Notes under the pieces: model-generated
What the model was told of the DNA's origin: nothing
The model's database searches: none
The model's input: the letters and a program-made list of their open reading frames with translations, nothing else
NCBI GenBank assembly: GCA_029218545.1
Contig: JAQXRN010000244.1
Coordinates: forward strand, 1 to 61,745
DNA length: 61,745 bases
Reading direction: 5' to 3'
Source: Bacillota bacterium
GTDB taxonomy: Bacteria > Bacillota > Clostridia > Peptostreptococcales > Anaerovoracaceae
In this document: piece after piece, positions 41,620 through 51,357 of the stretch
Layout of the letters: the number at the start of each line of letters is the position of its first letter
Position numbering within the stretch: the first letter of the stretch is position 1
Made by a program: the position numbers and the translations under genes

Positions 41620-42576
41620 ATGTTTACTGAAAAATTATCTCTGGGAATAGACACCAGCAATTATAAAACATCTGTTGCTGTTGTGGATAGAGAAGGAAAC
41701 ATATTATTCAACGCACAGGAGTTTCTTGATGTAAAGAAAGGGGAAAGAGGGCTAAGACAATCTGACGCCTTTTTTCAGCATGTAAAGAAACTTCCTCATA
41801 TTATTAACGATGCCATTAACCATGAAGAAATAAGAAATAACATTGGATGCATTGCTGTTTCTACAAGGCCTAGACCACTTCAAGGTTCGTATATGCCTGT
41901 TTTTATGGCAGGTGAAAGCTTTGCCCGTGTTTTGGCCACAAGCCTGAATGTCCCAATTTTTGATTTTTCTCATCAGGAGGGTCATATTGAAGCGGTTAGA
42001 TACTATTCTCCACTTAATGAATCAGAGCCTTTCATTTCTTTTCACTTTAGCGGAGGTACTACGGAAGCAATTTTAGTGAACAGAAAAGAAGAAATTTTTC
42101 AAATAGTTGGTGGAAGCAGAGATTTGGCATATGGACAGGTTCTCGATAGAATAGGTGTTTCTTTGGGAATGTCTTTTCCTTGTGGTGCAGAAATGGACAG
42201 TATAACTCAAGGTTGTTCCTGTCAAATTAAGAATAATCATCTTACAAAAATTAAAGTCATCGATGGTTATGTGAACCTTTCCGGAATCGAAACTCAGGCT
42301 CAAAGACTTCTTGACCAGGTAAGCTCTGAGGAAATAATTTTTGAACTTTTCCATAGGCTGTCTTCTTCAATTTTAGAGATGACAATTCAATTAAGTGAAA
42401 AATATGGGATTAATAAATTTCTTTATGCCGGTGGCGTCTCATCAAGTGCTTATATAAAGCATTACTTACTTAGCAACAAACCGCATAATTTACAATTATT
42501 TTTTGCAGATTCAAAGCTTGCATCAGATAATGCAATCGGAATCGCTCTGCTTGGAGGTAAAAAGATATGGCCTTAA
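41620..42576 (+). CDS. Kae1/TsaD (glycoprotease, ASKHA-fold) family paralog
   Basis: 318 aa with LGIDTSNYKTSVAVV (phosphate-1-like), HQEGHIEA (the H-x-x-x-H metal site of TsaD), YAGGVSSSAY and ASDNAIGIA near the C-terminus. Confidence 0.65.
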   Translation: MFTEKLSLGIDTSNYKTSVAVVDREGNILFNAQEFLDVKKGERGLRQSDAFFQHVKKLPHIINDAINHEEIRNNIGCIAVSTRPRPLQGSYMPVFMAGESFARVLATSLNVPIFDFSHQEGHIEAVRYYSPLNESEPFISFHFSGGTTEAILVNRKEEIFQIVGGSRDLAYGQVLDRIGVSLGMSFPCGAEMDSITQGCSCQIKNNHLTKIKVIDGYVNLSGIETQAQRLLDQVSSEEIIFELFHRLSSSILEMTIQLSEKYGINKFLYAGGVSSSAYIKHYLLSNKPHNLQLFFADSKLASDNAIGIALLGGKKIWP

Positions 42577-43712
42577 AGCCTGTTACAGTTTCACAGTTAA
42601 ATGAATATATAAGCAGAGTTTTAACGACAGATCCGCTTTTAGGCAATATTTCCGTTGCCGGAGAGATATCAAATTTAAAGTTTCACAGTTCTGGACATGT
42701 TTATTTTTCGATGGTTGATGAGAACTCTAAAATTAATTGTTTTCTGCCATCAAGCTGTTTCAACAGACTCAATTATGAACTTGGAGATGGACTTGAGATT
42801 GTCGTCCACGGTTATATCAATGTATATAAAAAAGGCGGCACTTATACTTTATTTGTACGAAATATTGAAATTTCAGGTGAAGGCAATCTTTCCATGGCCT
42901 TTGAATTATTAAAGAAAAAGTTGGACCAGGAAGGATTGTTTGATACAAAATATAAAAAACCAATTCCAAAATTTCCAAAGAAAGTAGGAATTGTAACATC
43001 TGAAACCGGTGCCGCAATCAGAGATATTTTGAAGATAATAACCTCCAGAACAAAGATGGTGGACATAAATGTTTTTCCTGTATTGGTTCAGGGAAAGGAC
43101 GCTGCTCGAGATATTGCTGATACCCTTGATTTTATCAATAAAAACCATAATGACATAGACGTACTGATTGTAGGTAGAGGCGGCGGTTCTACGGAAGATT
43201 TATGGGCTTTCAACGAAGAAGTGCTGGCGAGAGCTGTCTTTCGCAGTGAAATTCCTGTTATTTCTGCCGTAGGTCATGAAATTGATTTTTCTATTTGCGA
43301 TTTTGTTGCAGATTATAGAGCTGAAACTCCTACAGCAGCAGCCGAAAAGGCCGTTCCAAGTGATGAAATACTAAAAAGCAGAATTGATGAGTTAATAAAC
43401 AATATTTCATCTGAACTGAAAAGCAAAGTTCTGTATTCAAAAACACTAACCGACAGATATGCCGATAACATGAAACTTATTCTGTTAAACAGAATTGACA
43501 GGTTATTTCATCAGATTGAGCAAAATTATATTATATTAAAAGAAAACAATCCTCTTAACATTCTTAACAAAGGATATTCTGTTTTAGAAAACAAAGAAGG
43601 AAGAGTTATTTCATCAATAAGTGAACTACAAGACAATTCAACTTATATATTGCATCTAAAAGATGGAACAGTACAATTTACTATCACTAAACTATCGAAA
43701 GAGGGTGAATGA
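42567..43712 (+). CDS. xseA: Exodeoxyribonuclease VII large subunit
   Basis: 381 aa with an N-terminal OB fold (VSQLNEYI...ISNLKFHSSGHVYFSM) and VGRGGGSTEDLWAFNEE. Confidence 0.93.
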   Translation: MALKPVTVSQLNEYISRVLTTDPLLGNISVAGEISNLKFHSSGHVYFSMVDENSKINCFLPSSCFNRLNYELGDGLEIVVHGYINVYKKGGTYTLFVRNIEISGEGNLSMAFELLKKKLDQEGLFDTKYKKPIPKFPKKVGIVTSETGAAIRDILKIITSRTKMVDINVFPVLVQGKDAARDIADTLDFINKNHNDIDVLIVGRGGGSTEDLWAFNEEVLARAVFRSEIPVISAVGHEIDFSICDFVADYRAETPTAAAEKAVPSDEILKSRIDELINNISSELKSKVLYSKTLTDRYADNMKLILLNRIDRLFHQIEQNYIILKENNPLNILNKGYSVLENKEGRVISSISELQDNSTYILHLKDGTVQFTITKLSKEGE

Positions 43713-43713
43713 T

Positions 43714-43896
43714 TTGGGTTTTGAAGAATCATTAAAAAAACTCGAAGAAATGTCTGAACTAATAAAAAAAGAAGATACTACGCTTGAAGAAGCAATAAAG
43801 TACTATGAGGAAGGTATAAAGTGCTACGAGCAATGTAATTCTATCCTTAAGGAAGCAAGTCAGAAAATCGATACCATAAGGAAAGAGGAGGCATAG
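43714..43896 (+). CDS. xseB: Exodeoxyribonuclease VII small subunit
   Basis: The translation FEESLKKLEEMSELIKKEDTTLEEAIKYYEEGIKCY is typical of XseB. The TTG at 43714, about 8 nt after AGAGGG, is the likely start; the GTG at 43705 is an alternative. Confidence 0.85.
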   Translation: MGFEESLKKLEEMSELIKKEDTTLEEAIKYYEEGIKCYEQCNSILKEASQKIDTIRKEEA

Positions 43897-43900
43897 AAAA

Positions 43901-44794
43901 ATGGACAGAACTTTTGATGAATATAAAGCTTTAGTTGATGAACATCTTTTAGATTTTATTCCGAACATCGATAATAAAAGTATTTCTCTATACGATTCAA
44001 TGAAATACAGTTTAGTTGCCGGAGGTAAAAGATTACGCCCAGTAATGCTTTTGGCTGCATGTGAGTTCGCTGGAGGTAACATCAAGGAAGCGCTTCCGTA
44101 CGCATGCGCAGTTGAATATATTCACACATATTCTCTGATTCATGATGATCTTCCTGCCATGGATAATGATGATTTGAGAAGAGGCGTTCCAACCAATCAC
44201 AAGGTTTTTGGAGATGCCATTGCGATTCTTGCAGGAGATGGACTTCTCACATGTGCTTTTGAAGCAATTTATAAGGATATGATGATGTTTTTCGACGATC
44301 CTCAGCAGATAAAGAAAAGAGTAAACGCAGCATACGCTATCGCTAAAGGTTCCGGTGTAAGAGGTATGGTTGCAGGTCAAGTTTCAGATATTGAAGCTGA
44401 AAATGCGGTAGCTTCCAATGAATTGCTGGAATATATTCATTTAAATAAAACCGGCGCTCTTATTTCTGCATCCATAATTGCAGGTTTATATTTAGGTAAT
44501 CCTACATCTGATATGATTAGCAATTTCACAAAATATGCTGAAAACCTAGGACTTGCTTACCAGATTGCTGACGATATCCTCGATGTAATCGGCGACCAGG
44601 AAGAGCTTGGCAAAAAAACAGGTGCAGATATAAAGCAGAACAAAAATACATACACATCGATAAATGGCGTAGAGGCAGCACAAGAAAGACTAAAAGAACT
44701 TACAGAAAGCGCGGTAGAAGCAATATCTGAATATTATGACAACGCAGAGTTCTTTAAAGATCTTGTAATTATGCTGGCAAATCGCAATAAATAA
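43901..44794 (+). CDS. ispA: Polyprenyl (farnesyl/geranylgeranyl) diphosphate synthase
   Basis: First DDxxD region LIHDDLPAMDNDDLRRG and second QIADDILD. Confidence 0.9.
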   Translation: MDRTFDEYKALVDEHLLDFIPNIDNKSISLYDSMKYSLVAGGKRLRPVMLLAACEFAGGNIKEALPYACAVEYIHTYSLIHDDLPAMDNDDLRRGVPTNHKVFGDAIAILAGDGLLTCAFEAIYKDMMMFFDDPQQIKKRVNAAYAIAKGSGVRGMVAGQVSDIEAENAVASNELLEYIHLNKTGALISASIIAGLYLGNPTSDMISNFTKYAENLGLAYQIADDILDVIGDQEELGKKTGADIKQNKNTYTSINGVEAAQERLKELTESAVEAISEYYDNAEFFKDLVIMLANRNK

Positions 44795-44805
44795 AAGGTA
44801 AAACA

Positions 44806-46674
44806 ATGAAAAACAACATTTTAGACTATACTTTCCCTGAAGACTTAAAAGAAATGTCTTTAGATGAACTTGACCTTTTATCATACTCCATAAGGGATTT
44901 TCTAATAAGCAAAGTTTCTGCAACAGGAGGTCATCTGGCATCAAATTTAGGTGTTGTTGAACTTACATTAGCGTTGCATAAAGTTTTTGATAGCCCAAAA
45001 GACAAAATAATATGGGATGTAGGTCATCAGGCATATGTGCACAAAATCTTAACCGGAAGAGCAAAAGACTTTGATACTTTAAGGCAGCTTGATGGACTTA
45101 GCGGATTTCCTAAATCAAAGGAAAGTGTACATGACATTTATGATACAGGTCATAGCAGTGTATCTATTTCTGCCGCGGCAGGTCTTGCAGCTGCAAGAGA
45201 TTTAAAAAAAGAAAAAAATGAAATAATTGCAGTTATAGGCGACGGTTCTCTAACTGGAGGTATGGCCTTTGAAGCATTAAACAATATTGGCGATTCAAAA
45301 TCAAAAGTCATTGTAATTTTAAATGACAATGGTATGTCAATATCTCCAAATACAGGAAGCATTTCAAAATATCTTGGAAATTTAAGAACTTCAAAAGGCT
45401 ACATTAGTGCAAAACATTTCATAAAAGAAAAAATAGGTACTTCTTCCGGCATAGGTCATTCTATAGCAAATGGTCTGGCTGATATTAAAAACGATATAAA
45501 GTATTCCTTAATAAATCAAGGAGGATTACTGTTCGAATCCCTTGGTTTTACCTACTTTGGTCCTGTTGATGGTCATAATCTTGCGGATTTATGCTACACT
45601 TTTAATAATGCAAAATCCCTGGATGAACCAGTTTTAATCCATGTTATCACTAAAAAAGGTAAAGGTTATAAGAATGCCGAAAACAATCCTAGCAAATTCC
45701 ATGGAATAGGTCCTTTTGATCCTACAACAGGTTCAGTTACAGCAAAGAAAACTGATGAAAAGTCATATTCATCTTTGATGGGTCAATTTATTGCTGATAA
45801 GGCCGCAGAGGATGAAAAGATAGTTGCAATAACTGCCGCAATGTGTGAAGCAACAGGTTTAGGAGCATTTAAAAATGAATTTCCAGACAGATTATTTGAT
45901 GTTGGTATTGCAGAAGAACATGCTGTTTCTTTTGCCGCAGGACTTGCAAAAGGCGGCATGAAACCAGTGGTATGCATATATTCATCGTTTTTGCAAAGAT
46001 CATATGATCAAATTCTCCACGATGTATGCATGCAAAACCTGCCTGTTATTTTTGCAATTGACAGAGCCGGCTGTGTAGGAGCTGATGGAGAAACACATCA
46101 TGGAATGTTTGACATTTCTTATCTTTCATCAATGCCAAATATGACTGTTCTTACTCCTAGTGATGGCAATCAGCTTGAGGAAATGCTTCAATATGCTTTA
46201 TCATTAAATGCTCCCGTAGCTATCAGATATCCTAGAGGGAACACTATCTACAATAAAAACATTACGTCAACTTTTGAAGGCAAAAATGTTAGATTGGTTC
46301 AGCAAAAATCAATTGATATCTGGGCTTGTGGAAAAATGCTTTCCACTGCTAGCACAGTAATAGAACAACTTGCAGACAGAGGAATAGATGCAGGTCTTGT
46401 AGATGTTGGAATTGTTAAGCCGTTGGACCTTAGTCCACTTGATAAGGATAATTTGCCGGAATATATCGTAACCTTGGAGGACGGAACTATATCAGGTGGT
46501 TTTGGGCATCATTTGGCTGGTTATTTTTCCAGTAACAATATAAAAATAATTAGTTTTGCATGGCCTGATGAGTTTATTCCGCAGGGAACTGTAGATGAAC
46601 TTGCTCAAAGATACGGACTTAACCCTGAGAAGATTACAGAAAGGATCTGTGAAGAAATTGAAAGAAAGACTTGA
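44806..46674 (+). CDS. dxs: 1-deoxy-D-xylulose-5-phosphate synthase
   Basis: 622 aa with GHQAYVHKILTGR and the ThDP motif GDGSLTGGMAFEALN. Confidence 0.95.
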   Translation: MKNNILDYTFPEDLKEMSLDELDLLSYSIRDFLISKVSATGGHLASNLGVVELTLALHKVFDSPKDKIIWDVGHQAYVHKILTGRAKDFDTLRQLDGLSGFPKSKESVHDIYDTGHSSVSISAAAGLAAARDLKKEKNEIIAVIGDGSLTGGMAFEALNNIGDSKSKVIVILNDNGMSISPNTGSISKYLGNLRTSKGYISAKHFIKEKIGTSSGIGHSIANGLADIKNDIKYSLINQGGLLFESLGFTYFGPVDGHNLADLCYTFNNAKSLDEPVLIHVITKKGKGYKNAENNPSKFHGIGPFDPTTGSVTAKKTDEKSYSSLMGQFIADKAAEDEKIVAITAAMCEATGLGAFKNEFPDRLFDVGIAEEHAVSFAAGLAKGGMKPVVCIYSSFLQRSYDQILHDVCMQNLPVIFAIDRAGCVGADGETHHGMFDISYLSSMPNMTVLTPSDGNQLEEMLQYALSLNAPVAIRYPRGNTIYNKNITSTFEGKNVRLVQQKSIDIWACGKMLSTASTVIEQLADRGIDAGLVDVGIVKPLDLSPLDKDNLPEYIVTLEDGTISGGFGHHLAGYFSSNNIKIISFAWPDEFIPQGTVDELAQRYGLNPEKITERICEEIERKT

Positions 46675-47467
46675 TGTACTTTTAGTTGAAAAAGGCTTTT
46701 TTACATCAAGAGAAAAAGCCAAAGCCTCTATAATGGCCGGAATAGTCTTTGTTGATGGTGAAAGAAGCGACAAAGCGGGCAATATGATTGATACAGAGGC
46801 ACAAATAACAGTTAAAGATAATATATGCCCATATGTCAGCAGAGGCGGCTTAAAACTCGAAAAATCAATGAAACTATGGAACTCAATAGATTTAAATGAC
46901 GCTGTCTGTATGGATATCGGTGCTTCAACGGGAGGATTCACTGACTGTATGCTCCAAAATGGTGCAAAAAAAGTGTATGCTGTAGATGTTGGATATGGTC
47001 AGTTAGATTATAAGCTGAGAATAGACCCACGTGTCATCAATATGGAAAAGTGCAACATACGATATATTGACAAAGACACCATTGAACCACTGGATTTTAT
47101 AAGCATTGACGTATCATTTATTTCTTTAAAGCTGGTTTTTCCTGTTGCAGAGGCGCTGTTAAAAGATAGCGGCAAGCTGGTATGCCTTGTTAAGCCTCAG
47201 TTTGAAGCCGGAAGGGAACAGGTAGGCAAGAAAGGTATTGTAAGAGATAAAAATGTCCATGTACAAGTGGCTGAAAATGTGGTAAAATATGCAGTTGAGA
47301 GCGGTCTAAAACCGGCAGGATTTACATACAGCCCCGTTACAGGCGCAAAGGGTAATATTGAATATCTTTTATTCATTGATGGAAAACTTCTTAAGGATGA
47401 AGAATTCCAAGATGACTTTTTAAGATTAACTGATGTTGTTAACGCCTCCCACGAGGAGTTAGAATAA
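46658..47467 (+). CDS. tlyA: TlyA family rRNA 2'-O-methyltransferase (S4 + FtsJ domains)
   Basis: The KERLDVLLVEKGFFTSREKA S4-like N-terminus and DIGASTGGFTD SAM motif. The start is probably the TTG at 46658 (giving MKERLDVLL...), which overlaps the dxs end. The GTG at 46649 is an alternative. Confidence 0.85.
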   Translation: MKERLDVLLVEKGFFTSREKAKASIMAGIVFVDGERSDKAGNMIDTEAQITVKDNICPYVSRGGLKLEKSMKLWNSIDLNDAVCMDIGASTGGFTDCMLQNGAKKVYAVDVGYGQLDYKLRIDPRVINMEKCNIRYIDKDTIEPLDFISIDVSFISLKLVFPVAEALLKDSGKLVCLVKPQFEAGREQVGKKGIVRDKNVHVQVAENVVKYAVESGLKPAGFTYSPVTGAKGNIEYLLFIDGKLLKDEEFQDDFLRLTDVVNASHEELE

Positions 47468-47508
47468 ATCTAAAGCAAGTATTAGTAAATTAAAGGAGAC
47501 AGAGAGAA

Positions 47509-48699
47509 ATGAAATTATCACAGAAAATTCAGGAAATGCAATTATCCCCAATCAGAAAATTCGTTCCTTATGCAGATGCTGCTGTAGCTGCAGGTAAGAA
47601 GGTTTACAGATTAAACCTTGGCCAGCCTGACATCGCTACTCCTAAGGCATTCTTCGATGCAGTTAGAAACTTCGACCAGAATGTTTTAGCATATGCTAAC
47701 TCCCAGGGTGAAGCAACTCTAATTGAAGCTCTACAGAACTACTACAAGAGAATCGGAATTGACTTCAAGAAATCTGATATCTTAGTAACTAACGGTGGTT
47801 CAGAAGCTATCAACATGCTAATGACAGCTATGCTTGATAACGATGATGAAGTTATCATGGCTGAACCTTTCTACACAAACTACAAGACATTCGTTGGCCA
47901 GGCTGGTGGTAAGGTAGTTGCAATCCCTACAACTGCTGAAGACGGATATCAGTATGCTGTAAGAGAAAAAATTGAAGGCGTTATCACTGACAAGACAAAG
48001 GCTATCTGCATCATCAACCCTGGTAACCCAACAGGTAAGGTATTAACTCAGGAAGAAATGCAGTTAATCGTAGACATTGCATTAAAACATGATTTATGGA
48101 TCATCGCTGACGAAGTATACAGAGAATTTACATACGATGGAAAAGAAATGGCTACATTTGGTTCATTCAAAGAAGCTGAACAGAATGTTGTAATCGTAGA
48201 CTCCGTATCAAAGAGATTCTCTGCTTGCGGTGCTAGAATCGGTTCAATCGCTTCCAAGAACGAAGAATTAATGTCCAACTTAATGAAGCTTGCTCAGGCA
48301 AGACTTTGCTGCCCAACAATCGACATGATCGGTTCTGCAGCATTATACAACTTAGAACCTGAATACTTTGATGACATCAAGAAAGAATACGAACACAGAA
48401 GAAACGTTTCTGTTGAAGCTCTTAAGGAAATCGAAGGAATCAAGTTCGGTGTTCCAGAAGGTGCATTCTACATTACAGCTCAGCTTCCAGTTGACAATGC
48501 TGAAGATTTCTTAATGTTCTTATTAACAGAATTCGATGTTAACGGTGAAACAGTAATGTTTGCTCCTGCTGGCGGATTCTTCGGAACTCCAGGAGTTGGT
48601 CAGTCTGACATGAGAATTGCATATGTATTAAAGGCTGAAGACATGAAGGCTGGTATCAATATTATTAAAGAAGGTATCAAGGCTTACAACGCTAGATAA
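47509..48699 (+). CDS. Class I/II PLP-dependent aminotransferase (aspartate aminotransferase-like)
   Basis: 396 aa with the PLP-lysine context DSVSKRFSACGARIG and NPGNPTG. Confidence 0.85.
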   Translation: MKLSQKIQEMQLSPIRKFVPYADAAVAAGKKVYRLNLGQPDIATPKAFFDAVRNFDQNVLAYANSQGEATLIEALQNYYKRIGIDFKKSDILVTNGGSEAINMLMTAMLDNDDEVIMAEPFYTNYKTFVGQAGGKVVAIPTTAEDGYQYAVREKIEGVITDKTKAICIINPGNPTGKVLTQEEMQLIVDIALKHDLWIIADEVYREFTYDGKEMATFGSFKEAEQNVVIVDSVSKRFSACGARIGSIASKNEELMSNLMKLAQARLCCPTIDMIGSAALYNLEPEYFDDIKKEYEHRRNVSVEALKEIEGIKFGVPEGAFYITAQLPVDNAEDFLMFLLTEFDVNGETVMFAPAGGFFGTPGVGQSDMRIAYVLKAEDMKAGINIIKEGIKAYNAR

Positions 48700-48744
48700 T
48701 TTTATTAACTAAAATTTTATTCAACACTAGAAGGAAGAACAATT

Positions 48745-51357
48745 ATGAAACTATCCCCAATGATGACGCAATATCTAGAAATTAAAGAAAATTATCAGGA
48801 TTGCATTCTGTTTTTCAGATTGGGAGATTTTTATGAAATGTTCTTCGAAGATGCTAAATTAGCATCAAGAGAATTAGAATTAACGTTGACCGGAAAAAAC
48901 TGCGGTCTTGATGAAAGGGCTCCCATGTGCGGAGTCCCTTTCCATTCCGCAGAGGGTTACATTGCAAAACTTGTAGAAAAAGGTTACAAAGTTGCTATCT
49001 GCGAGCAAACCGAGGATCCTGCCACAAGTAAAGGCATCGTTAAAAGAGAAGTCATTCAGATCATTACTCCCGGTACATTGACTGCCCAGTCAATGCTGGC
49101 CGAAAAAGAAAACAATTATCTTGCTGCCATCTATATCGACGAAAAGGTAGGTGGTATGTCTGTATCATATTGCGACATCTCAACTGGTGAGTTAAATGTT
49201 ACCAAATATAAAGGCGAAGGGCTATATGAGGCTTTAATAAATGAACTTGTAAAAATTAAAGCACGTGAAATAATTTTAAATCAGGCTTTTGCAGATACTT
49301 ATGATATTTCAGACATTAAACTGATAACTGAAGCTTACATAAACACAGTTAGCAATGAGTTTTTCTCTGAAAAATCTTGTTTGGAAGCCGTCAAAGCTCA
49401 ATTCGATTGTATTTCCACAGTAGCAATAGGATTAGAGCCTGACAGCCTTGCAATCCTTTCTCTGGGCGCATTGCTCAATTATCTTTTAGAAACTCAAAAG
49501 CATAGCTTAAAACAGATAACAAAATTCAATATATATGAAATGGGCAAGCATATGGCTTTAGATAAAGCCACTCTGCGTAACTTAGAATTAACAGAAACAT
49601 TGTACGATAAGAAGGTTTCTGGTTCTTTGCTTGGAGTTTTAGATAAAACCCATACGGCAATGGGAAGCCGTAAAATGAAACAGTGGCTTAGAGAACCATT
49701 AAACAACGCTGAAGAAATAAATTTCAGACTTAATGGAGTAGAAGAACTGTTTAATAACATTATTGTGCGTAATAATATTAAAGAATCATTAAAAGGCATC
49801 TATGACTTTGAAAGATTAGCCGGTAGAATTGCCTCAGGGAATGCAAACGGCAAAGATCTTATTGCACTTAGAAATTCAATAAGCCATATTCCTGAAATAA
49901 AGGAATGTCTTTCATATAACAGTTCAGAAATATTGCGCAGAATTAACGATGAAATCAATCCTCTAAGAGAGGTTTACGAAATAATAGATAAAGCTATAGT
50001 TGAGGATCCGCCATTTACAATTAAAGAAGGCGGACTGATTAAAGACGGGTACTCTGATGAACTCGATTCATTGAAGTATTCCATAAAGGATGCAAAAGAG
50101 TGGATTTCCAACTTGGAAACCACGGAGAGGGAACGTACCGGAATAAAAAATCTAAAAGTGGGTTATAACAGAGTTTTCGGATATTATCTTGAAGTAACTC
50201 GTTCTTTCTTCGATCTGATTCCTGACAACTATATAAGAAAGCAGACCTTAGCTAATGCAGAAAGATTCATTACTCCAGAATTAAAAGAAATGGAGGGATT
50301 AGTATTAAATGCAGAAGCTAAAATAAATCAGATGGAATATGAATTGTTTACATCCCTTAGAGAATATATAGAGGGATTTATCAAGACAATTCAAACCACT
50401 TCATCCTCAATTGCTACCCTTGACGTTCTATGTTCCTTCGCACATGTGAGTGAAAGTCTAGGGTATGTAAGACCTGTTATCGATGATTCCATGGAAATTC
50501 AAATCGTTAAAGGTCGCCATCCTGTAATAGAACAGACCATTACTAACGGATTATTTGTAGCAAATGATACTTATTTGAATGATCATGATTCAAGCTTGCT
50601 TCTAATTACGGGACCAAACATGGCAGGTAAATCTACTTATATGAGGCAGACCGCATTGCTTGTGCTCATGGCACAGGCCGGATGTTTTATTCCATGCGAG
50701 AAGGCTCATATTGGCGTCGTAGATAGGATTTTTACTCGTATAGGTGCATCTGATAACCTTGCTCAGGGACAGTCAACATTTTATGTTGAAATGAGTGAAC
50801 TGTCATATATTTTAAATTCGGCAGGTCCAAGGAGTTTAATAATCCTTGACGAAATAGGAAGAGGAACAAGTACTTATGATGGTCTTTCTATTGCCTGGGC
50901 AGTATGTGAATATCTCTGCAACAGTAAAACACACATTAGAACATTGTTTGCATCTCATTATCACGAACTTACTGTCCTTGAAGACACACATTCGGGAATT
51001 AAAAATTTAAATGTGGATGTTTCTGAGGAAAACGGAAACATAGTTTTCCTGCACAGAATAATAGAGGGCTCCGCATCAAGAAGCTATGGTATTCATGTTG
51101 CAAAACTGGCTGGAATACCAAAAGACCTTCTCAGCAGGGCAAAAGAAAAGCTTCATGAACTTGAAACAGGCAAAATGCCTGACAGCGTTTATGAAAGCGC
51201 AAATGATTCTTTCCAAGAGGAGATTCAGCTTTCAATGTTCATTCCGGAATTTTCTAGCCCAATAATTGACAAGTTAAAATCCATTGATTTAATGGAAATT
51301 ACTCCATCGCAGGCGATAAAAATTCTTGAAGAATTAAAGGAATCAATAGATGATTAA
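48745..51357 (+). CDS. mutS: DNA mismatch repair protein MutS
   Basis: 870 aa with the N-terminal TPMMTQYLEIK and Walker A GPNMAGKSTYMRQ. Confidence 0.97.
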   Translation: MKLSPMMTQYLEIKENYQDCILFFRLGDFYEMFFEDAKLASRELELTLTGKNCGLDERAPMCGVPFHSAEGYIAKLVEKGYKVAICEQTEDPATSKGIVKREVIQIITPGTLTAQSMLAEKENNYLAAIYIDEKVGGMSVSYCDISTGELNVTKYKGEGLYEALINELVKIKAREIILNQAFADTYDISDIKLITEAYINTVSNEFFSEKSCLEAVKAQFDCISTVAIGLEPDSLAILSLGALLNYLLETQKHSLKQITKFNIYEMGKHMALDKATLRNLELTETLYDKKVSGSLLGVLDKTHTAMGSRKMKQWLREPLNNAEEINFRLNGVEELFNNIIVRNNIKESLKGIYDFERLAGRIASGNANGKDLIALRNSISHIPEIKECLSYNSSEILRRINDEINPLREVYEIIDKAIVEDPPFTIKEGGLIKDGYSDELDSLKYSIKDAKEWISNLETTERERTGIKNLKVGYNRVFGYYLEVTRSFFDLIPDNYIRKQTLANAERFITPELKEMEGLVLNAEAKINQMEYELFTSLREYIEGFIKTIQTTSSSIATLDVLCSFAHVSESLGYVRPVIDDSMEIQIVKGRHPVIEQTITNGLFVANDTYLNDHDSSLLLITGPNMAGKSTYMRQTALLVLMAQAGCFIPCEKAHIGVVDRIFTRIGASDNLAQGQSTFYVEMSELSYILNSAGPRSLIILDEIGRGTSTYDGLSIAWAVCEYLCNSKTHIRTLFASHYHELTVLEDTHSGIKNLNVDVSEENGNIVFLHRIIEGSASRSYGIHVAKLAGIPKDLLSRAKEKLHELETGKMPDSVYESANDSFQEEIQLSMFIPEFSSPIIDKLKSIDLMEITPSQAIKILEELKESIDD

